Shown here piece after piece: positions 14,319-27,078 of a stretch of DNA of 64,000 bases (the stretch's first letter is position 1; each line of letters begins with the position of its first letter). Origin of the DNA: Octopus vulgaris (Eukaryota); contig OX597825.1 in the NCBI GenBank assembly GCA_951406725.2, positions 25,544,001 to 25,608,000 on the forward strand. Direction: 5' to 3'. Under the pieces are notes generated by a model. The model saw only the letters and a program-made list of their open reading frames with translations. It was not told the DNA's origin and made no database searches. The position numbers were made by a program, and so were the translations under genes.

Positions 14319-14321
<3 letters not shown>
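13065..14321 (+). mobile_element. Full-length decayed Tc1 (DD34E-type) transposon
   Basis: TIRs CAGGGGTTGGA... / ...TCCAACCCCTG, flanked by TA on both sides; 1257 bp. Confidence 0.93.
13251..14270 (+). pseudogene. Tc1 transposase with frameshifts and stops
   Basis: LSDFQRGQIVGARMAG, SGRKPRLSDR, GGGSVMIWG, FQDDNA, WPPQSPDINVIEHLW, SIPRRIQSVITAKDGPTPY*. Confidence 0.92.
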
Positions 14322-14401
<80 letters not shown>

Positions 14402-14437
14402 GATGCAGATAAACAAACTCGCTTTATATGTAAATTG

Positions 14438-14765
14438 CAGGCGAGGCTGTGTGGTTCCGGGCAAGTGTCTTCTACTGTAGTCTCTGTCAGACCAAAGCCT
14501 TGTCAGTGGATTTGGTAGACGGAAACTGAAAGAAGCCCATCGTGTATATTTATGTGTGTTTCTATGCGTCTGCTTTTGTTCTTCATTACCGCCTGACAAC
14601 CGGTGATTGTATGTTTACGTCTATGTAAATTAGCGGTTCAGCAAAAGAGACTGATAAAATAAATACTAGGCTTGAAAAATTGTCCTGGTGTCGATTTGTT
14701 AGACTAAAACAGCTCAAGGCGGATCTTCCGCATAGCTGCAATCAAGTGACTGAAACAAGTAAAAA
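14438..14765 (+). mobile_element. SINE type A with a deletion in the head
   Basis: ggctgtgtggttccgggcaagtgtcttctac...gactgaaacaagtaaaa. Confidence 0.85.
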
Positions 14766-15714
14766 TAATTAAAAAAATGAATATATATATATATACACAC
14801 ACACATACACACATAAACATATATCAGGATACATAAAAGAGGAGTAAAAACTGAAAATATTTAGAAGATGAATATTCATGTAGAAGCATACAAATATTCA
14901 TACACTTACAGAAAAAAATTACATGAAGAGTAAAAATATACAGACAACTAAGGGGTGATGAATGGTATTTCAGATCCGACGTATGTTTCTGGAGGCTCGG
15001 GTTTACGTAATAGTTGTAATGTTGGTAGTTTGAGTGTGCTGAAAGTCATGGATATACAATTAGTGTATGCGTATAAAGAATATCGGCCTCCATCTTTAGC
15101 GTGTAGTGACTGGTAATGTGTATGTATATAAATGGAAAGAAGAAGTATATTGAAACGCCAGAACGAATGTAGGAAAATTGTTTTGGGGTTTGAAAATGCA
15201 TCTGAATTTCAAAACCTCTAGTGGTTTTTAAAATTTTGTAATAGATATATTCAGATACCAAACAAGCTTCGACAATTTTTTTTATTAATGGTAAAAATAA
15301 AACAAAATGAATAAATAAGAAAAGGGTTTAGGAGAGATTAAAGTTACAAGGGAAAATTCTGAAAAACGTTTTTAAACGATCAAACAGAAATTCCAGTGAG
15401 TTGCACAGAGATAGACAGTAATAGAAGTTCAAATGTTTGGTGAATTTCCTAACAGTCATACATAATTCAAAGTTCAGTAACCTTCAGTTATACTAGCAAT
15501 TAGATATGATGAAGGTTTCAAAAAAGAGAATGAGAAAATGGAGAGAAAGAAAGTTTCTCTCGTAGTTCGTAGTGCATGAAGGAGGGTTCTTCGTCGCTGG
15601 TTTTGCTAGTCAAAGTTCGAAATGTTTTAAGTGCGCGCGCGTTTGTGTGTGTGTATATGTGTGTATGTATGAACGTGTGTGTGCATGTGCGTGTATATAT
15701 ATATATATATATAT

Positions 15715-16000
15715 ATTGATAAAACGGTAAGATAACAAAAGAAAGAAAGAGACCTCAATATTATGTAAATAGAGGAAATTTATCTATACAATATGTTACA
15801 TTACTCAGTAGTCAAGATAAAACTCTGAGTTTCAGATGCCGAAGTGGAAATCCACAACACCATCTCTTCGGTTATCTGGCTATTTGAAAACGTTATGAAA
15901 CGTTTTCAAATAGCCAGATAACCGAAGAGATGGTGTTGTGGATTTCCACTTCGGCATCTGAAACTCAGAGTTTTATCTTGACTACCGAGTAATGTAACAT

Positions 16001-16008
<8 letters not shown>
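15715..16008. mobile_element. Penelope-like terminal fragment with 110-bp inverted duplication; HHR-like motif on each arm
   Basis: Arms 15785-15894 and 15899-16008 match at 109/110 with loop atga. Plus-strand motif 15916-15978: agataa-CCGAAGA-gatg..catc-t-GAA-ACTCAGAGT-T-ttatct. Confidence 0.75.
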
Positions 16009-16036
<28 letters not shown>

Positions 16037-16079
16037 CTTACGGTAAAGGATCAAGTTGTATATGTGTATGTATATATAG

Positions 16080-16265
16080 TTCAAACAGTCAAACAGAAAA
16101 CAACCGACGAAGACAAATGAGGAACGACAAGCAGGTGTAATAGTTTGACGCTTGGGAAGAAGGGAAAAGTCTTTGACGATTCGAGCCGACGCTCTTCGAA
16201 TGAAAGGATTGAGAGATAAAAAAGGAGAGGAGACGAAAAAAAGAAGATAGAAAAAGGTGTAGGGA
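16080..16265 (-). mobile_element. Microsatellite-flanked repeat with degenerate HHR-like motif
   Basis: Reverse-complement homolog of 21120-21310 (gaagagcgt.ggctcgaa.cgt.aaagactttt). Confidence 0.55.
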
Positions 16266-17467
16266 TTAACCATACATACATATATTTATACATACATACA
16301 TACATACATACATACATGCATACATACATACACACATACATACATACATACATACATTTGAAAGATAACTGCTAGGTGCACACATAGACACCAAAAATGT
16401 AAGAACAACAAGTATACATATAAGAAATTATATATATATATATATATATATATTTAATATTTCTATTTATAAGTAGTAATATGCAGGTCTAACGCCTTTA
16501 GTATCCTAGCCAGGGAGATGGAGAGGCGAGAGCTGCGCCTGCATCGATTATGAGGGCGACAGTTTTGAGTCCGCTGCTTAAGACTGTATAGACTGTGGGG
16601 GACATCAAAAGAAAGACCTGTTCTGGGGTGCTATATACTTTAGCTACGCAACAGAACGCCCTCTCCTGAACTTTCTCTCACTCTCTCTCTACTTTCTTTA
16701 AAAGTTTTATTGTTAATTATACCTGTAGGTACTACAGCTTTGTATTAAACAGTAACGTAATCCTGGTAATAACGAACATATCACTGACGTGTCGATTGAT
16801 CACTACTGTTGTCGTCTAGTTTAATACTAATCTTAAAGTAACTAACCTACGAACAAATACTTACCATCCTTCACCTCTTTCATCCTTTCATCACGCTTCA
16901 TCATTCTTCACTATTTCTTCTCTTTCAAGATCTTATGTATATAGCACTGTAACCAATACGTACCTCTTTATTTTTAAAACGGTAGGTTATAATATAAAGA
17001 AAAAACTAGCTGATATTTCTATCAGATCGTACGACCATGTAAATATTATTTTGGCTGAGGTATTGCCTCTCCTGCGAAAAGGTCATATGGTGCTCAAATG
17101 ATTTCACCATCGAGGAAAAACAATGAGCCTAAAAAATAAAGTAAGTCAAATCAGATGAAAAGTCGATGTTTTCTGTCTTTCCATAATTTTCTTTCTATTT
17201 TTTTTATCAAAGTATTTAAACTAACTGCCAAATAGCAATCTTTACATAATACTAGTTACTTTAGTCCTTACTTAACTATGTTTAGGTAATATATTCACAA
17301 AGCTAAATAACAATGGAAGCACTCACAAAAACTGAACTGAAAGAAAATTTTGTTAATATCTAACGGTATAATAACCACAGTTAGGGCGCCAAAAGTAATT
17401 TCACTATCGCAGCTGGAAATCGTCAAAAACAATTTCGAAATAAATATATTGTTGGAAGAAAATATGA

Positions 17468-17468
17468 T

Positions 17469-17513
<45 letters not shown>

Positions 17514-17710
17514 CACCACCACCACCACCACCACCAACACCACCACCACCACCACCACTACTTTTGGTTGTAATAGTAGTAGCACCTTCACGACCACTTT
17601 CGTCACATTTTCATCCCAAATACCAACACCACCACCACTACCACCACCACCACCACCACCATCATCATCATGATCATCATCATGATCATCATCATGATCA
17701 TCATCATCTT
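17468..17710. repeat. Compound (ACT)n(ACC)n(ATC)n microsatellite
   Basis: Direct reading of the sequence. Confidence 0.9.
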
Positions 17711-17934
17711 TGTCCTCGTCATCCAAAAGCATCAAGGCAAATATAACATGCAGCAATTCTCTCTCTCTCTCATTATGTCTGTCTTTCTCCATATATATTA
17801 TATAATTCCAATATACGGACATGTTTACACGGACATACGTATAAATATACGTTCATTAATAATAATGCAGATAAACACATACACATATGTATTTCTACAT
17901 TATGTATGTTTTATATATATATATATATATATAA

Positions 17935-18013
17935 TAAAATAAGGATTCAGATAGAATCAAGTTTTTGAAAAGATATGGACCCCGTATGCACCATCGTATG
18001 CTGTTATTCATTT

Positions 18014-18105
<92 letters not shown>

Positions 18106-18427
18106 ATATTATATATATATGCATATGTATATTTATATAAAATACTATATATATATATATAATATTATATATATATTTAAATAAAATATTATAAATATAT
18201 TATCATTATTATTATTATTATATATATATAATATTAAATATATATATATATAATATTATATATATATATATTTATAGAAAATATACATATATTATATTTT
18301 TATGAATTATATCCATATATATATAAATATATATATTTGTATTATATATATATATATATAAAAGGATGTAGATAGAACCAGGTATTTGAAAATATATGCA
18401 CCAGGTATGCACCATCGTATGTTATTC

Positions 18428-18430
<3 letters not shown>
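17935..18430 (+). repeat. Two copies of a ~75-bp (TA)n-flanked unit (17935-18013, 18360-18430); a third partial copy at 19241-19290
   Basis: agatagaa.ca.gt..ttgaaaa.atatg..cc..gtatgcaccatcgtatg. Confidence 0.8.
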
Positions 18431-18474
<44 letters not shown>

Positions 18475-18478
18475 GTCT

Positions 18479-18525
<47 letters not shown>

Positions 18526-18794
18526 ACTCTATCTATTTAACTAATTAATTTTTCACGTTGGACAGAGAATTACATGATCTCATAAAATATACTTCACTGA
18601 GGCATGCATCTTTTGCAGTTGAAAAAGTAAAAATCCCGTCGTGCTGTACTTTATTTCATTTGCATCTTATTAAATAACTTATTATATTCTGCAAACGTCT
18701 ACATAGAATGTATGCATGGATAGTCTGCAAGAACTTAGAGTTAACTGAAGTTTCAATAAAGTTCTAAACCTCTCTCTTGTAGAGAAGTTTTATC

Positions 18795-19205
18795 TTTTAT
18801 CTTTCACTTGTTTTTCTCGTTAGACTGCAGCCATGCTGGAGCTCCACCTTGAGGAATTTTAGTCGAACTAATCGACCCCAGTACTTATGGCCTCCTTTAA
18901 AGCCTAGTACTTATATCAATCAGTTTTACTAAATCATAAGTTACGGAGACATAAACACAGAAACACCGGTTATCAAGCGGGAGGTGGGGGAAAAACATAT
19001 ACACACGCGCGCGCGCGCGCACACGCAGACACACAATCAAATATAAATATATGTTCAACGAGCTTCTTTCAGTTTCCGTCTACTAGGTCCATCCTCAAGG
19101 CTTTGGTCTTACCGAGGCTTACTGTAGAAGACATCTGATAAGGTGACACGCAGTGAGACAAAACCCGGTACCATGTGATTGGAAAACAGACATTTTACCA
19201 CAGAG
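18795..19205 (-). mobile_element. SINE type A
   Basis: gccatgctgga...atcgaccccagtactta...ttcagtttccgtcta...ttaccacag. Confidence 0.85.
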
Positions 19206-19243
<38 letters not shown>

Positions 19244-19320
19244 AAATAAGAATTAAGATAGAATCAAGTACTTGAAAATATATGCACCACGAATCGGGTG
19301 GCACCACGTATCGATGGCCC

Positions 19321-19373
19321 GATAACTGAAGAGATGCCGGCGTGGGTTTACATCCGAAACTCGGAGTTTTATC
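19321..19373 (+). ncRNA. Minimal type-I HHR, same family as the 15.9-kb palindrome
   Basis: gataa-CTGAAGA-gatg..catc-c-GAA-ACTCGGAGT-T-ttatc. Downstream 19374-19480 matches the reverse complement of 15715-15815. Confidence 0.7.
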
Positions 19374-19585
19374 ATGGCTACCGAATAATTGTCACATATT
19401 ATATTTACAGATAAATTCCTCTATTTACATAATATCGAGGTCTCTTTCATTCTGTTGTTGTCTTGCCATTTCTATCAATATACATACACACACACACACG
19501 CACACACGCACACACACATACACACACACTCACACGCAAGTCAAGTATATATTATATGTATATAGTTATACTAATGTATGTGTAT

Positions 19586-19658
<73 letters not shown>

Positions 19659-19916
19659 AATATATACATATATGTATATATATATAAATACATATATGTA
19701 TATATATATATATATGTATATAAATGTATATAAATACATATATGTATATATATATATATGTATATATGTATATACATATACATATGTGTATACATATGTA
19801 TATGCATACATATATATGTATATATATATAAATACATATATGTATATATATATATATGTATATATGTATATACATATACATATGTGTATACATATGTATA
19901 TGCATACATATATATG

Positions 19917-19969
<53 letters not shown>

Positions 19970-20529
19970 TACACACACACATATATATGTATGCATGTAT
20001 GTAAGCAAGCGTGTATATATATGTCTCCAGAGAGAATCAATCGAGAACTGCAGTTGATTTCTTTCACTATTTCTCTCTCTCTCTTTCTCTTTCTCTCTCC
20101 CCCTCTCTGTCACTTTCTGTTTCCCCCTTTATTAAACCCAGGTCTGATATCCGTTAAACGTATTGGCGCAGATATAATTCATGTCAGTGACATCTTCCAG
20201 TAAGCCTGAAGCAGATCTTTCTAGTACGGTCTAAAATGTGAGATATCTTCAGCTGTCTTTCACACAAATAATCTGAATTATATCTGATGGTCATTATTTA
20301 CCAATAAAGATGTTATTTGCAAAACTGAATGCATCATTAACATCGTGCGCATCGAGAATAAAACATTTTTCTGAGCTATATTCATATAAAACGTAGAATT
20401 TCAAGACTCGTAACAAATGTCGCAATACAATATAATTCTACCTGATAGACAGCAGAACATTAAAAGTGGCTCTAGAGTTAGAACTTCAACTCTTACCATG
20501 TTGCAATCATCAAATGCAATACAGAAATG

Positions 20530-20760
20530 ATACCTACCTACCTACCTATCTACCTACCTACATACCTACCTACCTACCTACCTACCTACCTACCTACCTA
20601 CCTACCTACCTATCTACCTACCTACCTACCTACAACCTACTACCTACCTGCCTGCCTACCTACCTACCTACCTACCTATCTACCTACCTACCTACCTACC
20701 TACCTACCTACCTACCTACAAACCTACCTACCTATCTACCGACCTACATACCTACCTACA
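20530..20760. repeat. (TACC)n microsatellite
   Basis: Direct reading of the sequence. Confidence 0.95.
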
Positions 20761-21017
20761 TGTAATTCCTATTAGCAGACTAAACATGTGTAATGGTAAA
20801 TAAATAATAACAAAAATTTTCCAACTTCATGTTTTGTTATACAAAATCTCTACAAACAATATATCCAGGATTTTCAACTCTAGTATGTACAACAATGACA
20901 ACAACTACATACTGGGTTGTAATAATGGAATAAATGTGCTACAAGGGGAAAGAACTGGGATTTTACTCTACCTACATAATATACGTCCCTCTCTCTGTCT
21001 ATCTCTGATTATCTGTC

Positions 21018-21083
<66 letters not shown>

Positions 21084-21119
21084 CGCCATGATAGATCGGT
21101 AGCCTCTACACACATTTTT

Positions 21120-21315
21120 CTCCCCTTTTCTCTCTCCTTTTCTTTCTCTCCCTTTTCTCTCTCTCTCCTTGTTTCTTTCTGTGTCCCTTTCTGTAGAAGA
21201 GCGTAGGCTCGAAACGTAAAAGACTTTTTCAATTCCCGAGCGTTATACTAATACATCTGTTTGTTTTCTACGCCACCTGTCTTCGTCTTTTGTTTTTTTT
21301 TTTCGTGAAGTCTCC
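21120..21315 (+). mobile_element. Microsatellite-flanked repeat with degenerate HHR-like motif
   Basis: tagaaga-gcgtaggctc-GAA-ACGT-A-aaag at ~21190-21222; homolog at 16080-16265. Confidence 0.55.
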
Positions 21316-21545
21316 CTTTATATATATATATATAAAACGGACATGACGCCATGATATCGGAAAAAAACATGTTATGCAATGAAATTCTTTAGCTTAAAGC
21401 TGTAGCAGGAACAGCTGTCATCTCTTTTATTTTCTAATACCATTCTATACTCATATAACATTTTGTTCCGGACCATACGCATATAGTGTTCTGCAGCACG
21501 TTATCAGACTTGCTATGCCTAAGCAAGATATAAATATAAATATAA

Positions 21546-21637
<92 letters not shown>

Positions 21638-21643
<6 letters not shown>

Positions 21644-21738
21644 TTAGAGATAAAACCACTATTAAGCAAATCAAACAGTGAAAAACATAAACCAAAACAT
21701 AGAAATAAAAATAATTAATATAATATACAAAATTTAAA

Positions 21739-21745
<7 letters not shown>
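21638..21745 (+). repeat. (TA)n-flanked dispersed repeat; inverted homolog at ~40380-40502
   Basis: aaattagagataaaaccactatta.gcaaatcaaacagtgaaaaacataaaccaaaacatagaaataaaa is present at both sites. Confidence 0.85.
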
Positions 21746-21779
<34 letters not shown>

Positions 21780-21780
<1 letters not shown>

Positions 21781-21920
21781 CGGGATTCCTTCAGTTTCCG
21801 TCTAACAAATGCACTGACAAGGTTTTGGTCGGCCCAAAGTTATAGTTGAAGACATTTGACCAAGGCGCCAGCAAGTGGGACCGAATCAGAAACCATGTGT
21901 TTGGGAACCACACAGCCGCA
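21780..21920 (-). mobile_element. SINE type A 5' half
   Basis: ttcagtttccgtct...ccacacagcc. Confidence 0.8.
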
Positions 21921-22500
21921 ATTGAGCCTATGTGTATATTTTGGTATATGTGTATAATATACTTATATAAACGTGCATGTATCTACAAGTGGTCTCCCAC
22001 GTTCTAATTACTTTCAAATTTCTTTTAAGATCTATATTATATGATAGAAAATGTAAATTCTCTTAACCGTAAGCCAAGGCGCACATACAGTCAAATACAC
22101 ACCCCACAAACATTCAACCTCACGTCCGTATACTTATACACAAATAGAAATACACGCATCAAATTAACTATTATATACAACAATTTAATGTAAGTACAGA
22201 CCACTTGATATCAGAATGACATGTGGAGAGAAACGTATTATTCAAATTTATTGAGTCTGTGTTTTGATGAGACCATTTATATTCCTGGCTATCACTCTCC
22301 CCTGCCATATAAGTTTACATCTAACCACGAAAAAACCTACGCATATTGCCAAAACACACACGTCCACAAAAATATAGAGGCGTGCACGCATACACAGGAA
22401 TACATACATATACATCATACTGATATAAGTATGCCTGTGTATATATGTATGTATATATATATGTGCATATATGTATATATGTATAAAAAATTATATCTAA

Positions 22501-22567
<67 letters not shown>

Positions 22568-22692
22568 TCTTTAAATATTTGTGTGTGTGTGTATGTGTTT
22601 GTGTGTGTGTGTGTGAGTGTGTGTGAGTGCGTATATATTTTTCTGTGTGTATAAATGTTTGAATGTTTATATGGCGCCCTTGAACATAAACA

Positions 22693-22741
<49 letters not shown>

Positions 22742-22825
22742 GTATACAATACACTTTATATAATACATATACGTACACAGACACACATGCATAAATATCA
22801 TATATTCACATTTTATATACTTATG

Positions 22826-22865
<40 letters not shown>

Positions 22866-22879
22866 CATACACACGCAGT

Positions 22880-22927
<48 letters not shown>

Positions 22928-23487
22928 CTGCGTGTGTTCCTCTTTGTCATGTGTCTGAATGTTAGTCTCTCTCTCTCTCTCTCATCTGTTCTGGGTGTTT
23001 TTACAATGTAAATGGCTACACGTATGCCAGATTCATTACCGTTTGTTGTTGTATATCGGTGAACAGACACAGAAAGATTAGGGTAATTTACTTCACTGTT
23101 TTATGACCGTTATTTCTTTTAATCTAAACACCTGATCTTTTACAATCAGTGTTGGTGTCTTTATAAAAGACTTGCTAAACGCATCTAATCTGCATAAATT
23201 TCAATATATTTATTTTACTTGTGTTATATTGAAATACATTTCACGTGTGAATGTCTCAGTAATTTCGGTCTCTTTTACTCCGTTTCTTCAATTTTCCTCA
23301 GTAGCGCCTAATGTTTATACATACATACATACACACATACATACATACATACATACATACATACATACATACATACATACATACATACATACATACATGC
23401 ATGCAAGCATACATGCATCATGCATGCATACATACATGAATAGACATATGTACACGTACATACATTCATACACTTACGTACACCTAG

Positions 23488-23905
23488 GTGTAGGAGTGGC
23501 TGTGTGGTAAGTAGCTTGCTTACCAACCACATGGTTTCGGGTTCAGTCCCACTGCGTGGCACCTTGGCCAAGTGTCTTCTACTATAGCTTCGGGCCGACC
23601 AAAGCCTTGTGAGTGGATTTGGTAGACGGAAACTGTAAGAAGCCCGTCATGTATATATGTATAAATATAGATATACATGTGTGTGTGTATATGTTTGTGT
23701 GTCTGTGTTTGGTCCCCCCAGCATTGCTTGACAACCGATGCTGGTGTGTTTACGTCCCCGTAACATAGCGGTTCCACAAAAGTGACCGATATAATAAGTA
23801 CTAGGCTTACAAAGAATAAATCCTGGGGTCGATTTGCTTGACTAAAGGCGGTGCTCCATCACGGCCACAGTCAAATGGCTGAAACAAGTAAAAGAGTAAA
23901 AGAGT
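23488..23905 (+). mobile_element. tRNA-derived SINE type A, full length
   Basis: ggagtggctgtgtggtaagtagcttgcttaccaaccacatggtttcgggttcagtccc head and (gtaaaaga)n tail. Confidence 0.93.
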
Positions 23906-24002
23906 AAATGAGATACATACATACACACGCACAAACATACGTAGGCACATTCATTCTTGATCTTTTACTTATTGTAGTCATTGGGCTTCGGCTATGCTGG
24001 GG

Positions 24003-24256
24003 CTCAAAAGGTCCCTGAATAAGGGTTGTTTAAGGATGTTGAAAGAACCACCCATGTTTCCAGAGGTGAATTATTCAAACCCCAAAGAATCCCTCTCAAC
24101 ACATGGCTATGATGCTCCCCCGTTACTTCTGCTCGTGATCAGAGATGCACACATCGTCAGCCACTAAGGGACATGCTCAACTGGTTAAGGTCAAACAACT
24201 GACAAGCAAATCTGTGGTATTGAGCAGAATATTTGCTGTAGCCCATCTTTTATACC

Positions 24257-24259
<3 letters not shown>
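24003..24259 (-). mobile_element. Repeat fragment abutting (TTA)n, probably from a Dong-type family
   Basis: Complex sequence ending sharply at the (TTA)n array. Family assignment is inferred from context and recall. Confidence 0.4.
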
Positions 24260-24355
<96 letters not shown>

Positions 24356-24360
24356 CATTA

Positions 24361-24455
<95 letters not shown>
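24260..24455. repeat. (TTA)n microsatellite
   Basis: Direct reading of the sequence. Confidence 0.97.
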
Positions 24456-24710
24456 GTCGTTGTCTTTGCAGAGCTTCTAACACTGGGGATATACTACGGT
24501 GCTAGCTGTTCACTACCAGTGAACTAAGTAACACGCCTAATTTATCGCAAGGATGTGCATGTTGATGCCTGGAAAGTTCAACGCTTCATTTTATCAAGAT
24601 ATCCTTGGCCCGAAGAGTAGCCCGCAGTATATACCTCACTTGGATATTTACCACTTCTGAGTATGAAACATATGTAGCCCATATCTCATCTACAACATTC
24701 TGTAACTCGT
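24456..24710 (-). mobile_element. Probable R4/Dong-like 3' end
   Basis: Minus frame ends ...YILRATLRAKDILIK* (compare GTAHILRRTL), then ~130 bp UTR running into (AAT)n. Confidence 0.45.
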
Positions 24711-24777
24711 GTATATATATATATATATATATATAAAAGGAAATGAAGAAAATGCTGATATATATATATATATATAT

Positions 24778-24996
24778 AAAAGGAAATGAAGAAAATGCTG
24801 ACAAATAATTGAAGTAATTTAAGTAATTTAATAAGGTGAAAGTTCTTTTTACCGGTTGCGCATTTGTTATGCTTATCAAAATATGATAAGCATTTTGATA
24901 AGCATAACAAATGCGCAACCGGTAAAAAGAACTTTCACCTTATTAAATTACTTAAATTACTTCAATTATTTGTCAGCATTTTCTTCATTTCCTTTT
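24778..24996. repeat. Perfect 105-bp inverted repeat (9-nt spacer) with an HHR-like motif on each arm
   Basis: Arms 24778-24882 and 24892-24996 are identical. Motif TTGATAA-gcat aacaa atgc-GCA-ACCGGT-A. Confidence 0.9.
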
Positions 24997-25030
24997 TTAT
25001 ATATATCACCACTCGTGTTCGACATCTCCT

Positions 25031-25099
<69 letters not shown>

Positions 25100-25200
25100 T
25101 GTATGCATGCATGTATGTATGTATGTATGTATGTATGTATGTATGTATGTGTGTGTGTATGTATGTGTGTATGTATGTATGTATGTATGTATGCATGTAC

Positions 25201-25640
25201 GTCATTGTTCTGTTTTATTTGAAGATTTCTTGCCAATAAAGAAAGAGCCGGTTTCTAACCTAGATCTAAGGCTCCTTCATTGGAATTTCAGCTTAAACAA
25301 CAGGTTATTTTTGTATGCATGCATGCATGCATATATGCAAATTTGTATGTTTTGCTACGTGTATATATTTCCATGCATATAGCTGCATATCTAGACGTGC
25401 TCATATAATTTTAAATGATAAACTTCTGGAAAGTTTTACAGATTTTTACAGTTTCAGTGATGGATTGGATCTGTAGTCTTTGAATTAGCTTTCTCCTTTC
25501 TGATTTTGAGACACCTAATTCCTCAAGATTGGTATTTAGGCAGTGTGTTACATATCCCAGGGCCTCAATAACAACAGGTATAAACCTGAACTTGTAAAAT
25601 GGATAGAGTAACTGCAGATTTCTCAGAGTTGCTCGGTGTA
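25201..25640 (-). mobile_element. 5'-truncated R4-like RLE LINE within (TATG)n
   Basis: LRNLQLLYPFYKFRFIPVVIEALGYVTHCLNTNLEELG...LQIQSITETVKICKTFQKFII* (stop at 25411). TATG repeats on both sides. Confidence 0.8.
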
Positions 25641-26852
25641 TGAATATATTTTATGTGTGTATGTATGTATTAGCTATTAGCGTAATAATCAAACTTTGTT
25701 GCGAATATTAATTAGCACATCGAACCTGAATGGATGTGTTGTCCAGAATACCTTAGACTGCGGTGAATGTCTCGTGAAACCGTAAGCAACAAATGCTTAA
25801 AAGCGCAAATCATCTCGTCAGACGAAATTCAGAGAAATTCAGAGTCGTCTTGAATGCGTGGTGGCTACGTTGACTAAACTGTCGTCTTCCCACCATAATC
25901 TAGATACTATCATATGATTTGTAAAAATACTTCTAATTTAGGATGATGTATTAGGTCTTCTGTTCTTTTGGGGAAATTGCAAAATTTAGCCCGAACAGCA
26001 TCTACGAGTACGTATATGTATGTATGTATGTATGTATGCATGTATGTATGTATGTATGTATGTATGTATGTATGTATGTATGTATGTATGTATGTATGTA
26101 TGTATGTATGTATGTACGTACGTACGTACGTATGTATGTATGTATGTATGTATGTATGTATGTATGTATGTACGTACGTACGTATGTATGTATGTATATA
26201 TGTAGGTATGTATGTATGTATGTATGTATGTAAGTATGTATATATATATATATACGTGTATATATATATATATTTATATTTATCCCGAACATTATCAACG
26301 AGTACGTATATGTATGTACGTACGTACTTATGTATGTATGCATGTACGTATGTACGTATGTATGTATGTATGTACGTATGTATGTATGTATGTATGTATG
26401 TATGTATGTATATATACGTGTATATATATATATATTTATATTTATATACTGGAAGAGGCACGTGGGATGGAGAGAACATACAAACACGCATATAAGTGTG
26501 TGTGTGTTTGCAAATATACATATTTATATATATTTACAGACACACGCGCATATATCTCCATACGAGTGTTTGTATGTACATATGCATTTATCTTTGTATA
26601 TTAAAATTGACAGTTATTATAGCCATCGCTTAAAATTTCGAGCCTGGTTGACACGAAATTTTGTTAATCGTTAAATTATCAGTCAGCTTTAATAAAAAGA
26701 GATGCGTCAACGCTGCTATGCATATTGAGGACCCTACTTTACTCGCAGCTCAAGATTACAAACACAGTGTGTACGTACACGTGACAATAGAACAGACAGA
26801 CATAGACACACACACGTATGTACATACAAGAATATTTATTTATACATATATA

Positions 26853-26883
<31 letters not shown>

Positions 26884-26973
26884 GAATATATATATATGAA
26901 TATCTATCTATCTATCTATATATATATATATATGTATATATACACATATATATATATAATATATATATATAAT

Positions 26974-27005
<32 letters not shown>

Positions 27006-27013
27006 ATTATATA

Positions 27014-27078
<65 letters not shown>

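Noticed and set aside
17295-17822. 175-aa ORF with acidic, Gly and Val runs resembling a membrane protein
   Set aside because: Explained by a compound trinucleotide microsatellite; no domain or splice support.
20214-20256. Minus-strand CTGAAGA...GAAAGATC
   Set aside because: Stems I and II cannot be formed in the correct register.
23488-23560. tRNA genes at SINE heads
   Set aside because: A/B boxes are present, but there is no full cloverleaf or poly-T terminator, and each continues into a SINE body.
25690-25990. Possible Tc1/maT 3' remnant (...GGYVD*)
   Set aside because: Too degenerate to support as a feature without an alignment.
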